DNA of 64,000 nucleotides from Glaucostegus cemiculus (GCA_976551045.1 CDPCPM010000033.1:25668001-25732000), one strand, 5' to 3'. Counted from the stretch's first letter, positions 12,368-25,642 are shown. Numbers and translations are program-made. Notes: generated from the letters alone by a model not told the origin.

Positions 12368-14115
12368 GATCTGGGTGTTATTGGCAAAGTCAGCATTTAA
12401 TAACCATCCTAACTGCATTGATGAGGGTGAACCATCCTCTTTGACTGTTGCAGTACGTTTTGCAAAGCTATTCCCATAATGCTGTTGGCTGGGGAATTCC
12501 AGGATTTATATCCAGTGACAATGAAGGACTGTTACTGCATCTTCTGGTCAGGATAGTGTGCATCTTGGAGGGAAACCTCAAAGTGTTGAAGTTCCCCATG
12601 CAACTGCAGCCCTTCTCCTTCTTGGTGATAAAGAGCGTCAGTTTGGGAGGTGTACTTGGAATAGCCTAGGTGAGTAACTGTAGATGGCAAACACACCAGC
12701 CGTGTTGTGATGGTGGAGGAGGGAATGAATGTTTAGGGTGGAGGGCGGGGTGCCAATCAAGCAAGTTTTTTTCCTGGATAGTGTCAAGCTTGTGTTTCAT
12801 TAGAGCTGGACTCCTACAGGAAAATGGAGAGTATTCCATCATGCTCTTGACATGTACCTTGTAGAAGGTGGAAAAGTTTTTGGTGTCAGGAGCTGAGACA
12901 CTCGATGTAGGGTGTCCAACCTCTGACCTGCTCTTATAACTACAATATTTGTGTGCACGGTCCAGCTGAAATTATAATTGATGTGTTTATCCCATTTGGT
13001 ATGATAAGAATGCCATTCAGCATGATGGATGGTGCTCTGGGTATTGGGATATGACTTCTCTGAGCACTGTGCAGTGCTCACACTTACCATTGTTTTCATG
13101 GCCAGGTGCATTGCTTTGGGTAAACTGGAAAAAATAAGGTCACTAGATTTGCCCCCATGCTTGTTTGCTCAGACCTGTTTGGCAGCTAGCTCCTTTAAGT
13201 TTCAACCAGTTTGGTCACTAATAGCGCTACCAATCCACATGCTGATGGAAATTGAACCTCCCACCCTAGAATGCATGATGTGCCCTAGCAACTTTCATTC
13301 CTTCCAAATGTTGTTTAACATGGAGGAACACTGATTCTTCACTTGAGGGAATGGGTGGGATGTGGTGGTAGGTGATAATCAAGAAGTTTGTCTGTGTTTT
13401 ACCTGATGCCAAGAGTCTTCAGTGTTGCTAACTTTCAGGGCTACTGTCTCTTGCCTGTACAGCACAGTGCTGCTCCCTCTGGTGTGTGTGCTCTGTTAAT
13501 GGGTCAGAGCACACCCACCAGAGATTTAATGGAGGAGCTTGGCATGGTGCCTGTAAGGTATGATTCTGAAATTTGGCTATTTTAGGCCAACACTTGACTG
13601 GTCAGTGGGACAGCTATCCCAACCGAGACCCCCAGATGTTTTCGAGGAGAACCTCACAGGGTCAACTTGGCTGCATCTGAATTCTGTGCCTAGGTTGATG
13701 CTGGAAGAATCAACTTTGTATAGTCATTTTAACAAGGCAGCATTGATGCAACTAAGTGGCTTATTGGGCCAATTTAAAGGGCAGTTAAAAGTCACCTCAT
13801 TGAGGTCCTGCATGGAGACATCACCTCCATTTAATTTTGTACCAATCCACCATCTTCCATGACTGAATGCATCTGAACTGCAAATATTTGAACTGATGCA
13901 TCGGTTGTGGGATTGCTCACCTCCATTCACCAGGATAGCACCTTACTTTTAGATATACCTGGGGCTGCACCTGTTCATTTTAGCACTACTCTTAAACCAA
14001 TGTTCATACCTGGAATGTTGAGAATGATCAGGTAATGCTCCAGCCATAGGGTTACAGATTATGGTGAAACTCCTGCTGGTCCATGCATTAATTCTGACTG
14101 GACAATTGGAATTGT
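12368..14115 (-). mobile_element. 'Family B' LINE with RT deleted and segments rearranged (3' end; APE endonuclease to 5' region; linker)
   Basis: 12368-12975 is the 3' end and post-RT region (NFSWTVHTNIVVIRAGQRLDTLHRVSQLLTPK). 12985-13800 is an APE remnant ('tgtttaacatggaggaacactgattc' reads ESVFLHVKQ on the minus strand). 13830-14115 is the APE-RT linker. Confidence 0.65.
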
Positions 14116-15409
14116 GCTAAAGCATCTGTTAACATTAAATATAACCCTTCTTTTGAATACTTTACTGTTTACTAGTCCTAATGATAACCCACCCCCTTTG
14201 AAATTAAGAAAGCTTCCTGAAATTTATTTTCAATTAGTCATTGAAATTAAAGAAAATTCAACATCATTAAAATGTCATCGTTTCTCCTTTATTCTACATT
14301 TGAGATTTTCTGACTAAAACACCTGTTCATTGTGGAATGTCTTCTCCTAAGTTTCTCTCAACGTTGCTCATTTTTAGGTTATGTTTCCTGCTAATGAGAT
14401 CTATTCCCTGTTTTCTCATCTCACAGACTGCCCATGCTCACACCATGCACATCCCCAGCTGCATAGCGGAATTGAATGGTCTGGTTTCAGAGCTTTATTA
14501 ATGCAATTCTAAAACTATTGACAAGATACGTAATGGAAAAAAAAATATACCACCACTTCTATCTTTCATGCTCCTGCAATGGTCACTCCTTAGACTTGCT
14601 TCATGGTGAAATGGAATGAGTTTAGGAAATTAGCAAATTCTCTTAATTTCATGACAAAAAATGGTTCTTCAATCTGTGGCATGATTGAAATACCCCCTTT
14701 CATGACATTAGTTTCAAGGAATCCACCCGCTGTACATAACTTCCTACCTCCTTATGAAGTAGTAGCTGATCTCCACTCAAAGTTTCCTCCAGTTTCATAG
14801 TTGAAGCCAGATGACAGACTTCGCACCTGCAATTCTCCAACAAAATGTTAACAAGTCCCAAACCTGAGAGTGGTTCAGGTTGCCTGACTGCTGCCATGGA
14901 CACCAACATTTTAGGGATGCATAAAGGCTTCCATCCACTTTAACTTTGGGTTATCTGGAAAGTCCAGAAAATGCTAAGCATTTTCACATGACTGATTTAA
15001 TGCAAATTAGTCATATGCTCAAGGCTATTGTTACTCAGTAAAACTGTGGTGAATGACATCTGCAAACCACAGTCAAGCTTTATTCTAATCAGGCACATAA
15101 ATCTATTTATTCAACTTGAATAATCATTGTCCTACTCAAGCAGATATTGGGTTCTTCAATTGTTCTAGGAGGGCATTGATCAGTCAAAATGTGCACCTTC
15201 TTTGTTAGTCAACTATTGGAGAGGGAATCAACATAGATATCCCAGTGGGCCCAGTGATGAAAGTGAAGGTGATTCAACAGACTGCATTAAAAGTGGGATG
15301 AGGGGATATATTTCTACTGACACAGAAGATTAGGGATCTCTCATTAAACAGTATGCCATTTGAGAGGTAATATCCCATTAGTAGCAAGAGGGCAAAGGAA
15401 GGAAGTAAA

Positions 15410-15525
15410 AGTGCTGGAAATTTTCAGTAAAAGTAGAAAATAAAGGAAATACATAATGGATGTGTCAGCATCTGAAAAGGAAGAATACAGGTTAATGTTT
15501 TGGATAGGGTCCCTTCATCAGAACT
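15410..15525 (-). mobile_element. Short Penelope-type terminal repeat with a degenerate hammerhead motif
   Basis: Minus strand of 15490-15525 reads AGTT-CTGATGA-AGGGACCCTATCC-AAAAC-ATT-AACC, followed by the family 'cagatgctg' segment. Confidence 0.6.
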
Positions 15526-18376
15526 GCATCAATGGCATTTCACTTTTCATATCTTCTATTCTGAACACAGGGGTTTGTGAGATTTGTGCCAATTACTTTC
15601 AGGTCTGGAAGCAGTTTTGTTCTGTGTGCTTGTAATCGCAACAAGGGAACTGGGAATGTGCAGATTCATTTTAAATAGCAGGTTTAATAACTGCCAGAGA
15701 GAGGAGATCCTTGTTCCAGCTGGGAACTCAGCTCCCGGAGGACAAAGGACAACATTCACACACTGCACCACCTAGTCCCTGAAATTATTTATCATAAGCT
15801 ATTACTTGTGCTTTGCAAGAAGGCTGCTGCTGGATAAAGAATGATGTTAGTAATGCTTGTTCTTTAGCGATTCTTTTACTGTAAATTCCACCTTATAGAG
15901 TAGTGTAGTTAATTCCTTTGCTGTGTTCTAATCAATTAGCATATAAATACACCTATTTAATATAGTATGATTATATGATTCAGTCAATAGATAAAATAAT
16001 TATTTTCACCCCAAACGATAACCTTCATACAAATGAGATTCTTTGATTGTACAGAAACCACTACAGTTGGGGCTAAGAATATATTGTACTAGGATGATAA
16101 AATCTCTCTGACAGTCCCCTTCAGATAAAATCATTTTAGACAGTCTTCACTATAGTATTTCTTCTTTTGAAATTAGAAACCTTAATGTGCAATATTAACT
16201 CAAGGCAGCAAATCGTAGTTGCTTATGCAACATAAAGGATATAGATATATAAAATGATTTCCTGATATGCTTCCATGAGTTTCTCTAATCTATGATTCTT
16301 TAACGCAGGAGTGTCAACAAAATGCCTGAGTGTCAAAATCCATTAAAACTGTTTTGTGTCTTCTGCTTATTTTTAGAAGCAATCATGTTTTAACTGCTTA
16401 TGAAAAAAATTACACAGTCAAGTGTGTTTACTTCACCTTTATAAAGCTCCTTTTGTAGGCCCAATTAATTTGTTATTCCTGTCACTACACGTATTTTATG
16501 CTTCAAAAACTGTCACTGCAGCGTCTGCCTATTTTAGCAAAATGCCATTTAATTGTTGGAGCATTACACTCTAACCAGAGGTACTCTATCAGTCCCAGAT
16601 GAAACGATCTCTTGCAAACAAGCTACAAGGAATTTCATGTGTGTTGTTATAGTCTATCATTATTAACTGTCTCTTGTTGGATGGAAGAGGTGGCTCTTTG
16701 CAAACAGCCATTCATCAGAGCTTGCCAAACCAGCTCACATCTGACCTCTGCTGCGATAATGCAGCATCAAGTAGGCCAACTACTCAGTTTAGCAGCAGAG
16801 CAGGGAGCACAATCTGGCTCTAAGATTAAGTGTGCTGTTTCAGGTTTTCATTCCCAAGAGCTTCCCTGGCTGATGTTGTATTGATTGTGAAGTTTACCAG
16901 TAAGTATCACAAACAACAATAGCCAGGTCAACGATCGGTGACGCCTGAATTTGGATCCCTTGTGGTGGCACCGTACTGTAGACTAAGGCATTGTCAACAT
17001 GATGCTTGAATGCAGGTTGAATAGGGTCTAGGAGCAAAGAGAAAGAAACAGATCTGCAATCTTAAACACAATTATTGTAAGTCAGTTGAATGAACAACAT
17101 AGATCTAATTATCTCACTGAAGCTTGTAGCAAGTGTCCTGACTAAGAGGCTCTGCCATTACTAGGAATATATTTTAAACTTCTTCACAATGAATTTAAAA
17201 GAAACAATTAAGCCAATAGTTATTTATGCTGCCTTTCTGTTAAGAAGCTGACAGTTTTTACTTCTGTGCCATAAAGGGAGGGTTGTGGGCAAGAGTACAC
17301 CATCATGTAAAATTCTATTTAAGGATATCACTCATTTTGGTAGTTTACATGACTATTTCTGCACTTTTATTTATATTTCCAAACGTTACTACATAAAAGA
17401 GGCTGAGAGATTTCCACACACAATGGTTGCAAATATTTTCATTTAAACCATATGCAGGTTGACTATGTCCTTCAATGAACATAATTGAAGATGCCGGGTT
17501 CTCAGTGTTTCTCTGGGGTCTAGGTGAGTCATGTTGGAGATTATTGGGCTTTCTTTCATCGATTACTGAATGGCTGGCTTTTGCACAGCCTTTTGTCCAG
17601 TAGTAAGAAAGGTGAATTCAATGTCTAAAGGGCTCTAGGGCTCCTTGGTAGACTGAAGTTGTTGTTGGTAGGAACCATCACCACAGATATGCTCAAAGTG
17701 GAGCAAAAAATTTGCAAAACTTTCCTAAGTTCCTAAAAACATTGATTACAAATGAATTAACCACATATAACAATATTCCACCATTTCCTTTTAATAGTCC
17801 TTCAACTTGTGTATTGTGTATTTAACCTTGCATTTGTACTGGAGCCAATACTCCTATAAGTCTTAACTGAAGGGTACATTGCTGCTAAATTTCTACATTT
17901 ACAAACAACTCAGTTATTCTATGCTTGAAAGTCTAATGCTGGGATAAATTGCACCATGTCCTCTCTGCAAAGGCCTAGTGGCTCATTTTGTAGAAAACGC
18001 TCTTCACAAACTGTTTTTGGGTTTTTTTATATCTGAAAATTTAGGAGCAATTTTAATTGAAAAGAAATCTCAAATCTGTCGTGAGTCTGTCTGCTTCCAG
18101 CACTCACAGAAATGAGACGGAGGATTGGAGAGTGAGTGCGGGAAACCAACCTGCTCCCAGGAGGTTGGTTAGATAGTAAAAGCATTTAAGGACCTGCTTC
18201 CTTTTTAGCAAATTTGAAAACCAGTTTTCTAGAGATTGGAAAGCCCAGCAAGTTAAAGGAGCCAAGGAAGGACAATCCCTTGCTGTTCCTGGCCTAATTG
18301 TAGTTAGTACAATTAGGCCAGGAACAGGAGGCATATTTCCTCCAGATCCAACAAGATTACTGCTTTTGTCTTGAGT

Positions 18377-18422
18377 CAACTCCTGTAACCTCTGATTACC
18401 AACTCCTGTAATCTCTGATTCC
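18377..18422. repeat. 23-bp tandem duplication
   Basis: caactcctgtaacctctgattac followed by caactcctgtaatctctgattcc (2 mismatches). Confidence 0.9.
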
Positions 18423-18599
18423 CATCTCCTCCTTCCCAGCCCTGTGATCAATCATTTCCTTAACTTGCATTACTTATTCTTGTCTCAGAAGAAGCCCACC
18501 TATCAGTTACACCATCGATCCATATGGAAACCTGTCAAGAAGTGTAAAACAAAATGGGAAAATATGGGATATACATGATGATTACTGAATCTATAGTTC

Positions 18600-19920
18600 A
18601 ATCAGTGGCTTCAATTTAGTAAAAATGTTCAAAAGTGCTTCACAAAAGCATTATCCAAAAAAAAAAACTGCAAGGAGATATTACAGCAGATGACTGAAGG
18701 CTGATTCACAGGAGTAGGTCTTAAGGAACATATTGAAGGAGGGTATAGAGGTGGTGAGACTTTGGGAAGGAATTCCAGAACTTAGGGATGCAAGCTAAAG
18801 GTATAAGAATCGATGGTGGTGTGATGAATTCCTGGGTGCACAAGATTTTGTAAGTGGAAAAATCACAAATTATCACCGCGAGCTTAGGAAACCAAGAGCA
18901 TTTTAATCATGAGGCTTTGCTTAACGTAAGATCCAGTAAATACAAGCAAACATGTGATGGTTGGTTGAATGAGATGATGCAAGTGAATTTTGGGTGACCT
19001 TGGGTTAACGGAGTCCAGAATGTGGAAGCAGAATGGTCTTTGGAATGGTCAAGTTTGAAACTAAAAAAATTCAAGGATGAGGGACGCAGGTGACCTGAAT
19101 TAAGTACTGGCAATGTTATGGATGTGTCAAGAGGTTGTCTTGAACTTGGCACAGATATGAAGTTGAAAACTCAATTTGTAGTAAAAAAAAATGACAGAGA
19201 TAGTGAGCAGTTCAGATCTGTTTCAGAGAGTTGCCAGAGAAAGAGATGAAATTAGTAGCTGGGGTACAGAATTCTTGATGGCTTTTATCTTCTCAATACT
19301 TCATTCCTGCTTATACTCTACAAGATACTGGTCAAATATTCTGACAATTTAAAGGCAATGAAAGGGGTCAAGATAAGTGATTGTGTGGTAGAGCTGGGTA
19401 TAGCCACCATACAAGGGAAAACTGATATAGTGTTTTTGTATCGTGCTGATGAAGGGTTGCATGCAGATGAGTAATAAGAAAGGTCATGTTTAGATGCTTA
19501 GGAAATACTAATGTGGGCTCAAGAAGCAAAGTCATTCCTGGCAATTCTCTAGTTATGACTGGGTGGAAACAAGTGACTGCACTCCCACCAGCATTATTGA
19601 AGGTGCAGAGCACTGTGTAATGAATTGACCTGTACGATCAGTTTGTAAGACAAGCTTTTCACTGTACCTCGGTACAAGTGACAATAATAAACAATACCAA
19701 TACCAGAGCATGTCAACCATTCCAAAGACTGCTGACTGGTCAGAATGGATGAGGAGGGATAAATTAGTGACTATAATCAGAGCAGTTTTGCTTCTGTGGC
19801 AGGGTGGAAGAGAAGTGAAGTTCCTAATAAGGTAGGCATAAATCTCAGAACTTACAATATGATCGGGGGCTTGGGAAAGGGTAGTTGGATAAGCCTGGGG
19901 ATAAGGCTAGAGAGAACACT
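18600..19920 (-). mobile_element. Old L2-clade LINE, 3' portion
   Basis: 3' UTR-like 'agtaaaaatgttcaaaagtgcttcaca...ggagatatta...gggaaggaattccagaacttaggg'. ORF 18907..19152(-) retains FFSFKLDHSK, matching the L2 FVTSRLDYSN region. Confidence 0.65.
19613..19703 (+). mobile_element. 91-bp 3' tip of a Rex1/Babar-type LINE with a 7-bp TSD, inserted in the L2
   Basis: Near-identical to the reverse complement of 57061-57150. Has a (CAATAC)n tail and is flanked by CAGAGCA at 19606-19612 and 19704-19710. Confidence 0.85.
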
Positions 19921-20319
19921 AGATACTAATGTAGCAGGCCAGGCAGCATTATGTGATGAGAATAGGGCAAGTCTTCCATTACCCTGAGTGTGTAGGTCAT
20001 TTGCACTCTGGACCATGATGTTGCTTCCAGCACACCAGTGAAGAACAGGGCAATGTAGGACCTCTTCCAATGTAACTGGCTGAAGAGACAAGAACAGTGA
20101 CAATGGTGAAGCCCATTTCACACCCTATCTCACTCTGGCTCACTTTGACATTCATAATCACAAAGGACCTATGAAAAATTAAAAAAATAACTTAATAAAT
20201 TTAAACTATTTGAAACATTAATTAAAAAAAATAAAAATAAGCACATGCTTAAAACAATAAAATACTTAAAATAAAATAAAATCCTTTCTTCCAGTAGCTT
20301 ATTTCTCCCATTGATTATT

Positions 20320-20592
20320 GCCACTCAGCTCCAGCAACCAGGGTTCAGTCTTGTCTCTATGGAATTTGCATGTGGATTTTCTCCAGTTGCTCTGGTTTCC
20401 CTCACATTCCAAAGACATGTGAGATGGTAGATTAATTAGCCACTGTAACTTGCCCCGAGTCAGTAGATGTATGGTTAGAATATGGGGGAAGGTGAGGAGG
20501 GAGGGTTGTTAGGAATGTGGGGAGAAGTAGTGTAGGAGAAATAGTGTAAATGGGTCATTGACTGAGGCTCTGTGCAGTATTACTCTATGACT
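20320..20592 (+). mobile_element. Degraded V-SINE (HE1-like)
   Basis: 'gggttcagtc', V-domain remnant 'ggaatttgcatgtggattttctccagttgctctggtttccctcacattccaaagac', and a CR1-type end 'actctatgact'. Confidence 0.7.
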
Positions 20593-20894
20593 GAAATACC
20601 TAGAAACCTGGTAAATGACCTGTGGGCGGATTTCCCAACCTGACAGCAAGAAGATCCATGTAAGTTTGCATTGCCCCACTGGATTCAGTGAGGAATCAAA
20701 CTAGGCAGGGCAGATGTCCTGCAACCAGTGCACTGCTGAAGGGAAGGCCGCTCTCCAGCCTCATTCTAGCATTGCCCATTTATGGGCACGTTTGCTGGCA
20801 GATACCATCGTAGATCTCAAGGGTCGATCTGCCCCATTGTTTCAGGTTGCTTACCTTTCATAAGAATGGCAATGAAATATCAGCAGTATGAGAT

Positions 20895-20992
20895 GTTTAA
20901 TGATGGCTCATCTGCCACAGATGTTCTGTGACCTGCTGAGTATTTACAGCATTTTCTGTTTTTATTTCAGTACCCACAGCATTTTGCTTTTG
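20895..20992 (+). mobile_element. Penelope-type short repeat, distal part
   Basis: 'ccacagatgttctgtgacctgctgagtatttacagcattttctgtttttatttcag' matches 45645-45695 and the reverse complement of 24062-24110. Confidence 0.65.
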
Positions 20993-22221
20993 AAAAACTG
21001 CAAAGGATGTCCTGCTGTTAATTTCAGCAGGATATCTGAGATTCTTATCTTAACGTCCTCAGTATACCTACTCCTCTCCCTACTATAGCTCTCTACACAG
21101 CCCCGAGCAAATATGGGAGCAATCTTCTTTTCAAAATGTTCCAATATTTTTATGAATTTTCTGATTAATCTTGTTGTGTTTCTATAGTAATGTACATATT
21201 TTCTCAATGAGATTTGTAGCATTCAAACTAATACATTTCTGCATGTTATTTAATGTAGCTGCATTAAGCACTTAGTTACAAGTAGTGCATAAACAGTCAT
21301 AACAGATCATTAAGAATTTATAAGTATGAAGCCAAAGATGATAACAAATCTGCATAATCTCAATAGCAAATGCTTACTTATTCCAGAAATGTATCCTATG
21401 AAGAGAAAATGAAAGGATTTGCTGGCTTATTCATCTTGGGTGAAATCAGCATTGCTTAGATAATATAGGCTATATGCTCGGGTCCGAGATGAAAGGTAGA
21501 CCACCTTTGTGCCAGCGATGCCCGCAGTGTAGCTCATTAAGGCACAAAACAGATACACTCAGTTTTTGTTAGGTTTTTAGTAAAATAGGCCCAGTAGTTG
21601 AAAGAAGAATATCTTTTCTAAACGCATTCACTAATTATGCACAGGTAGGGAAATGCTCTGCCATCATGATTAGGACAGCAAGTAATGATTTATTGTTAAG
21701 TGCCCAGCAATGGCCATACCACTGACAGTAGTTGGAGCCGAACATTGCCTTAGGCATGGCTGGAAATAATTACAAACACAAACATTTGTGTCATTTTAAA
21801 CTCTCCATATCTATCTCTGATTGGCCTGTCATGTATTATCTTTTCCAGACTGAATGGGGTTTGGCACCAGCTCTACCAGTTGCAGCAGCAGGGGTACTTT
21901 TTATATACTTGTGCTTGAAAACACACATGTGGTAGAGGAATCCTGCAGTGAAAACACATGGTAAAATATTTTAGGCAAATGTCAACGTATTCATATTGTT
22001 GTTGGAAAATGCATTTAAAATACTCACTTTCTTAGTAAACTAAATGAAATGTCATTAATAATGTTTGAAAAAAATAGCATCAAATTTCATCAGCTGTACA
22101 AATTTGGAATGCTCCCAGTAACACATGAATGTTGAGCTCTGCGGTCTCAAATGGCGATAAAAATTACAGTAGCTCAGCAACAGATGCAGAACACTAAATG
22201 TTTCAACTTTGTAGCAATACT

Positions 22222-22365
22222 GTGGTCATTTATCTCATTTGTCGTTTATATAATTTTTGATGTGCACAAATTGGCTATAAAATAACAGTGAGTACACTTT
22301 AAAAATAATTCATTGGCTGTGAAGTACCTTGAGACATCCCAAGAACATGAAATACACTATATGTC
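22222..22365 (+). mobile_element. 3' part of a Deu-domain SINE (SacSINE1-like) with an L2-type tail
   Basis: 'tgtgcacaaattggct...aacagtgagtacacttta...ttcattggctgtgaagtaccttgagacatcc...actatat' matches the recalled DeuSINE 3' half and resembles 47072-47180. Confidence 0.6.
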
Positions 22366-22719
22366 TTCTCTATGTACTTTATTAATAGTTTTACTTTATT
22401 AACTCTGCATTATCCACAACATTTTTACCAAATTAATTGAAATGAATGGCATAGAATGTAATTTACAGGGGAAATGGGTGGTTCATGGGAAGTCATGGAG
22501 CAGTGGGACAGGAGTTCACCTCCAGAACTCCCCACGTGAAGTGGCTTAAATATCAACTGAATCAGAAAGTTTCTCTGTACATTCAATGTACTTGCACAAA
22601 GCAAGAAAGAGCCATTGTGTAACACACTGATGGGTTTGGGTAAAGGTAATCAGCCTGCTCCTATGATCAGGGAATGGACCATTGCATGGCTGGGGAAGGG
22701 GGAATTATAGGTAGAATCC

Positions 22720-22955
22720 TAGAAACATAGACTGCCTTACAGAAGGCTAGTTGGCCCATTATGTTTGTACCAGTTGCAATACAACTCCTAATTCCACCCA
22801 CCAGCCCTTTCTCTATAGCCTAGCATAATCCTAGCCTAAGTTTCCTCCCCATATATTTATTCAATTGCCTCTTGAAGGCCACAATGGATCCTGCCACCAC
22901 CACATCTGCAGGCAGTGTGTTCCACATTCCAACCGCGCACTACATAAAAAGGAAG
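22720..22955 (-). mobile_element. CR1 3' end fragment
   Basis: 'agaaggc..ttggcccatt...tcaattgcctcttgaaggccac...ggcagtgtgttccacattccaacc' is the reverse complement of the CR1 C-terminus (VGMWNTLP) and 3' UTR. Confidence 0.7.
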
Positions 22956-24059
22956 AAAACTAACTGCTAAAGAAAGGGCAGCAGAAGTACTTACAGGAGT
23001 TTATAGCCTGTGCCTGGTAATGTCTTTGGGAACGTGTCTGTTCCATGGTACTAACAATGAATATATTACATCTGAGATTTTCACAACTGACGTTTTGCCA
23101 GGTGATTACTAACGTGAATATCATTTTTATAATATTTGAATACATTGCAGAGCCTAAGATTGAAGTCCAAATGAAATAATTGTATGTAATCTAATATCAG
23201 TTCAGCAAAGTCAAACTCTGCACTTCTACTGACAGTTTAATACTCAGTCACAGCAGCTTTAATTATCGTGTGGCTCTCGGGCTGGCTCTTCTCCCATCAG
23301 TTCTCTGTTTCTGTAATTCATTCCCACATATCATCTTTCACCTGAGATTGCACCATGGCATTGGTTACATAATTGTATGTAACTATTTCAAAGTCAATTA
23401 ACAAGGTATACCCTTACCATCTCCAAAAATGCTGCCTGCATCCTCCATGAAATACTCTAACATAAAGCTAAAACAACAAAATGATGGCTTTTCCTGCATT
23501 ATCATTTGGATTGCTTTATTGGCTTTGAATACCACAAGGATGAATGAATTGATCTTTTCAGCTTTGGGAACCCTAATAATCTTGCTCTTTTTGTTGCTTG
23601 GGTTCTATTAGGATGGATCTAAAGTAGATAGCATGCCTGAAGTAAAGTTACTGATCTTCTTTATCCAGTGGTGATCTGTATGGCAAAGATTGCCAAAGTT
23701 GCCTGGTAATACCTAGTGGCAAAGAAATTCAAGGTAGCAGTAACATAGTGTGATGTAGACAAAGATGTTCAGCCTCTGGAAATGAATGACAGAGCACCAG
23801 CCAGCATCAACGTACTTCCTAACAGTAGGTGTAACCTGAGGAATCTAAGACTTCCTTATTCTATGAACCTTGAGGAATCTGTTTGTAAGGAATAGCCAAC
23901 TTCTGGGATCCTACCTTTGAAAGTATCTCTTCTAATCTTGGATTTCCACCTTATTCCCGTCGTCCTACATAAATGTATATAGGGATTATCAATCAGAAAC
24001 ACGTACGCCAGTGCAAAATTTCACATTTTGCACAGCTAATTTAGCATTGCAATTACAGT

Positions 24060-24225
24060 CTTAAAATAGAAAATGCTGGAAATACTCAGCAAGTCAGGCT
24101 CCATCTGTGGAGAGAGAAACCGAGGTAATGTTTCAGGTTGATGAACTTTCATGATAACTAAAGAAAAATAACAAACCAAACATATTTAAGTTGCAGAGAA
24201 GAGCAAGGGGTGGAGAGAACAAAGT
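24060..24225 (-). mobile_element. Penelope-type short repeat with a decayed hammerhead core
   Basis: 'aaatgctggaaatactcagcaagtcagg..catctgtggagagagaaac'. Minus strand of 24122-24159 reads AGTT-ATCATGA-AAGTTCATCAACCT-GAAAC-ATT-ACCTC. Confidence 0.7.
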
Positions 24226-24354
24226 AAAGCACATAGCAATAAAAGTCTTTATGGACTTTTAAGAGTCATAAACAAATATACAGGCAATGTATAACTTTTA
24301 GCTATGGCAGCTCATGGTAGTACCTGCCTCACAGTTGCTGATTTTACATGCCAT

Positions 24355-25642
24355 GGCTTGTCAGCATGGCTTTGTCAAGGGCAGGTCCTGTCTTACGAGT
24401 TTGATAGAATTTTTTGAGGAGGTGACTAAGCACATCGATGAAGGGAGAGCGGTAGATGTAGTGTATATGGATTTTAGCAAGGCGTTTGATAAGGTGCCCT
24501 ATGCGAGGCTTATGGAGAAGGTGAGGAGACATGGGATCCAAGGGGACATTGCGGTGTGGATTCAGAATTGGCTGGCCCACAGAAGGCAAAGAGTGGTTGT
24601 TGAAAGGTCATATTCTGAGTGGAGGTTGGTGACCTCCGGTGTACCGCAGGGATCTGTACTGGGACCCTTACTGTTTGTCATTTTTATAAACAACCTGGAT
24701 GAGGAAGTGGAGGGGTGGGTTAGTAAGTCTGCGGATGACACGAAGGTTGGTGGTGTTGTGGATAGTTTGGAGGGCTGTAGGAGGTTGCAGAGGGACATAG
24801 ATAGGATGCAGATTTGGGCTGAGAAGTGGCAGATGCAGTTCAACACAGGTAAGTGTGAAGTGGTTCATTTTGGTAGGTCGAATATGTTGGCTGAATATAG
24901 AATTAATGGTAGGACTCTTGGCAGTGTGGAGGATCAGAGGGATCTTGGGGTCCGAGTCCATAGGACGCTCAAGGCGGCTGCGCAGGTTGACTCTGTGGTT
25001 AAGAAGGCATATGGTGTATTGTCCTTCATCAGTACAGTAGCGGGATTGAATTTAGGAGCAGAGAGGTATTGCTTCAGTTGTAATAGGTCCCTGGTCAGGC
25101 CCCACTTGGAGTATTGTGCTCAGTTCTGGTCGCCTCACTACAGGAAAGATGTGGAGGCCTTAGAGAGGGTGCAGAGGAGGTTTACGAGGATGCTGCCTGG
25201 AATGCGGAGCATGCCTTATGAGAACAGGTTGTGGGAACTCGGCCTCTTCTCCCTGGAGAGGAGGAGGATGAGGGGGGACCTGATAGAGGTATATAAGGTG
25301 ATGAGAGGTATTGATCGGGTAGATAGTCAGAGGCTTTTCCCCGGGGCTAAAATGGTGGCCACAAGAGGACATAGGTTTAAGGTGCTGGGGAGTAGATATA
25401 CAGGAGATGTCAGGGGTAAGTTTTTTACTCAGAGAGTGGTGAGTGCGTGGAATGGGCTGCCGGAAAGGGTTGTGGAGGCAGATACGATAGGGTCTTTCAA
25501 GAGACTGTTGGATAGGTAGGTACATGGAGCAAAATAAGATAGAGGGCTATGGGTAAGCCTAGTAGTTTCTAGTGTAGGGACATGTTCGGCACAGCTTTGT
25601 GGGCCGAAGGGCCTGAATTGTGCTGTAGGTGTCCTATATTCT
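24355..25642 (+). mobile_element. Young 5'-truncated CR1 LINE (RT domain, C-terminus and 3' UTR)
   Basis: ORF 24314..25519 contains QHGFVKGRSCLT, YMDFSKAFDKV, GVPQGSVLGPLLF, SADDTK and LVRPHLEYCAQFWSP. CR1 tail 'gggccgaagggcctg'. Candidate TSD ATGCCAT at 24348-24354 and 25643-25649. Confidence 0.97.
24361..25519 (+). pseudogene. CR1 ORF2 reverse-transcriptase remnant (no endonuclease; FADD changed to SADD; compensating frameshifts)
   Basis: The first ~15 codons of the tracked ORF come from flanking DNA. TCT GCG GAT GAC at 24728-24739. The stretch 25030-25084 is out of frame. Confidence 0.85.

Noticed and set aside
19960-20840. MITE bounded by degenerate TIRs (aatagggcaagtcttcc ... ggtcgatctgccccatt)
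   Set aside because: The inverted match is too weak to support by eye, and no TSD is visible.
24314-25519. 401-aa RT ORF as a domesticated gene, retron or other RT system
   Set aside because: It is a typical 5'-truncated CR1 with its own 3' UTR and candidate TSD. The start codon comes from flanking DNA and the FADD motif is mutated.
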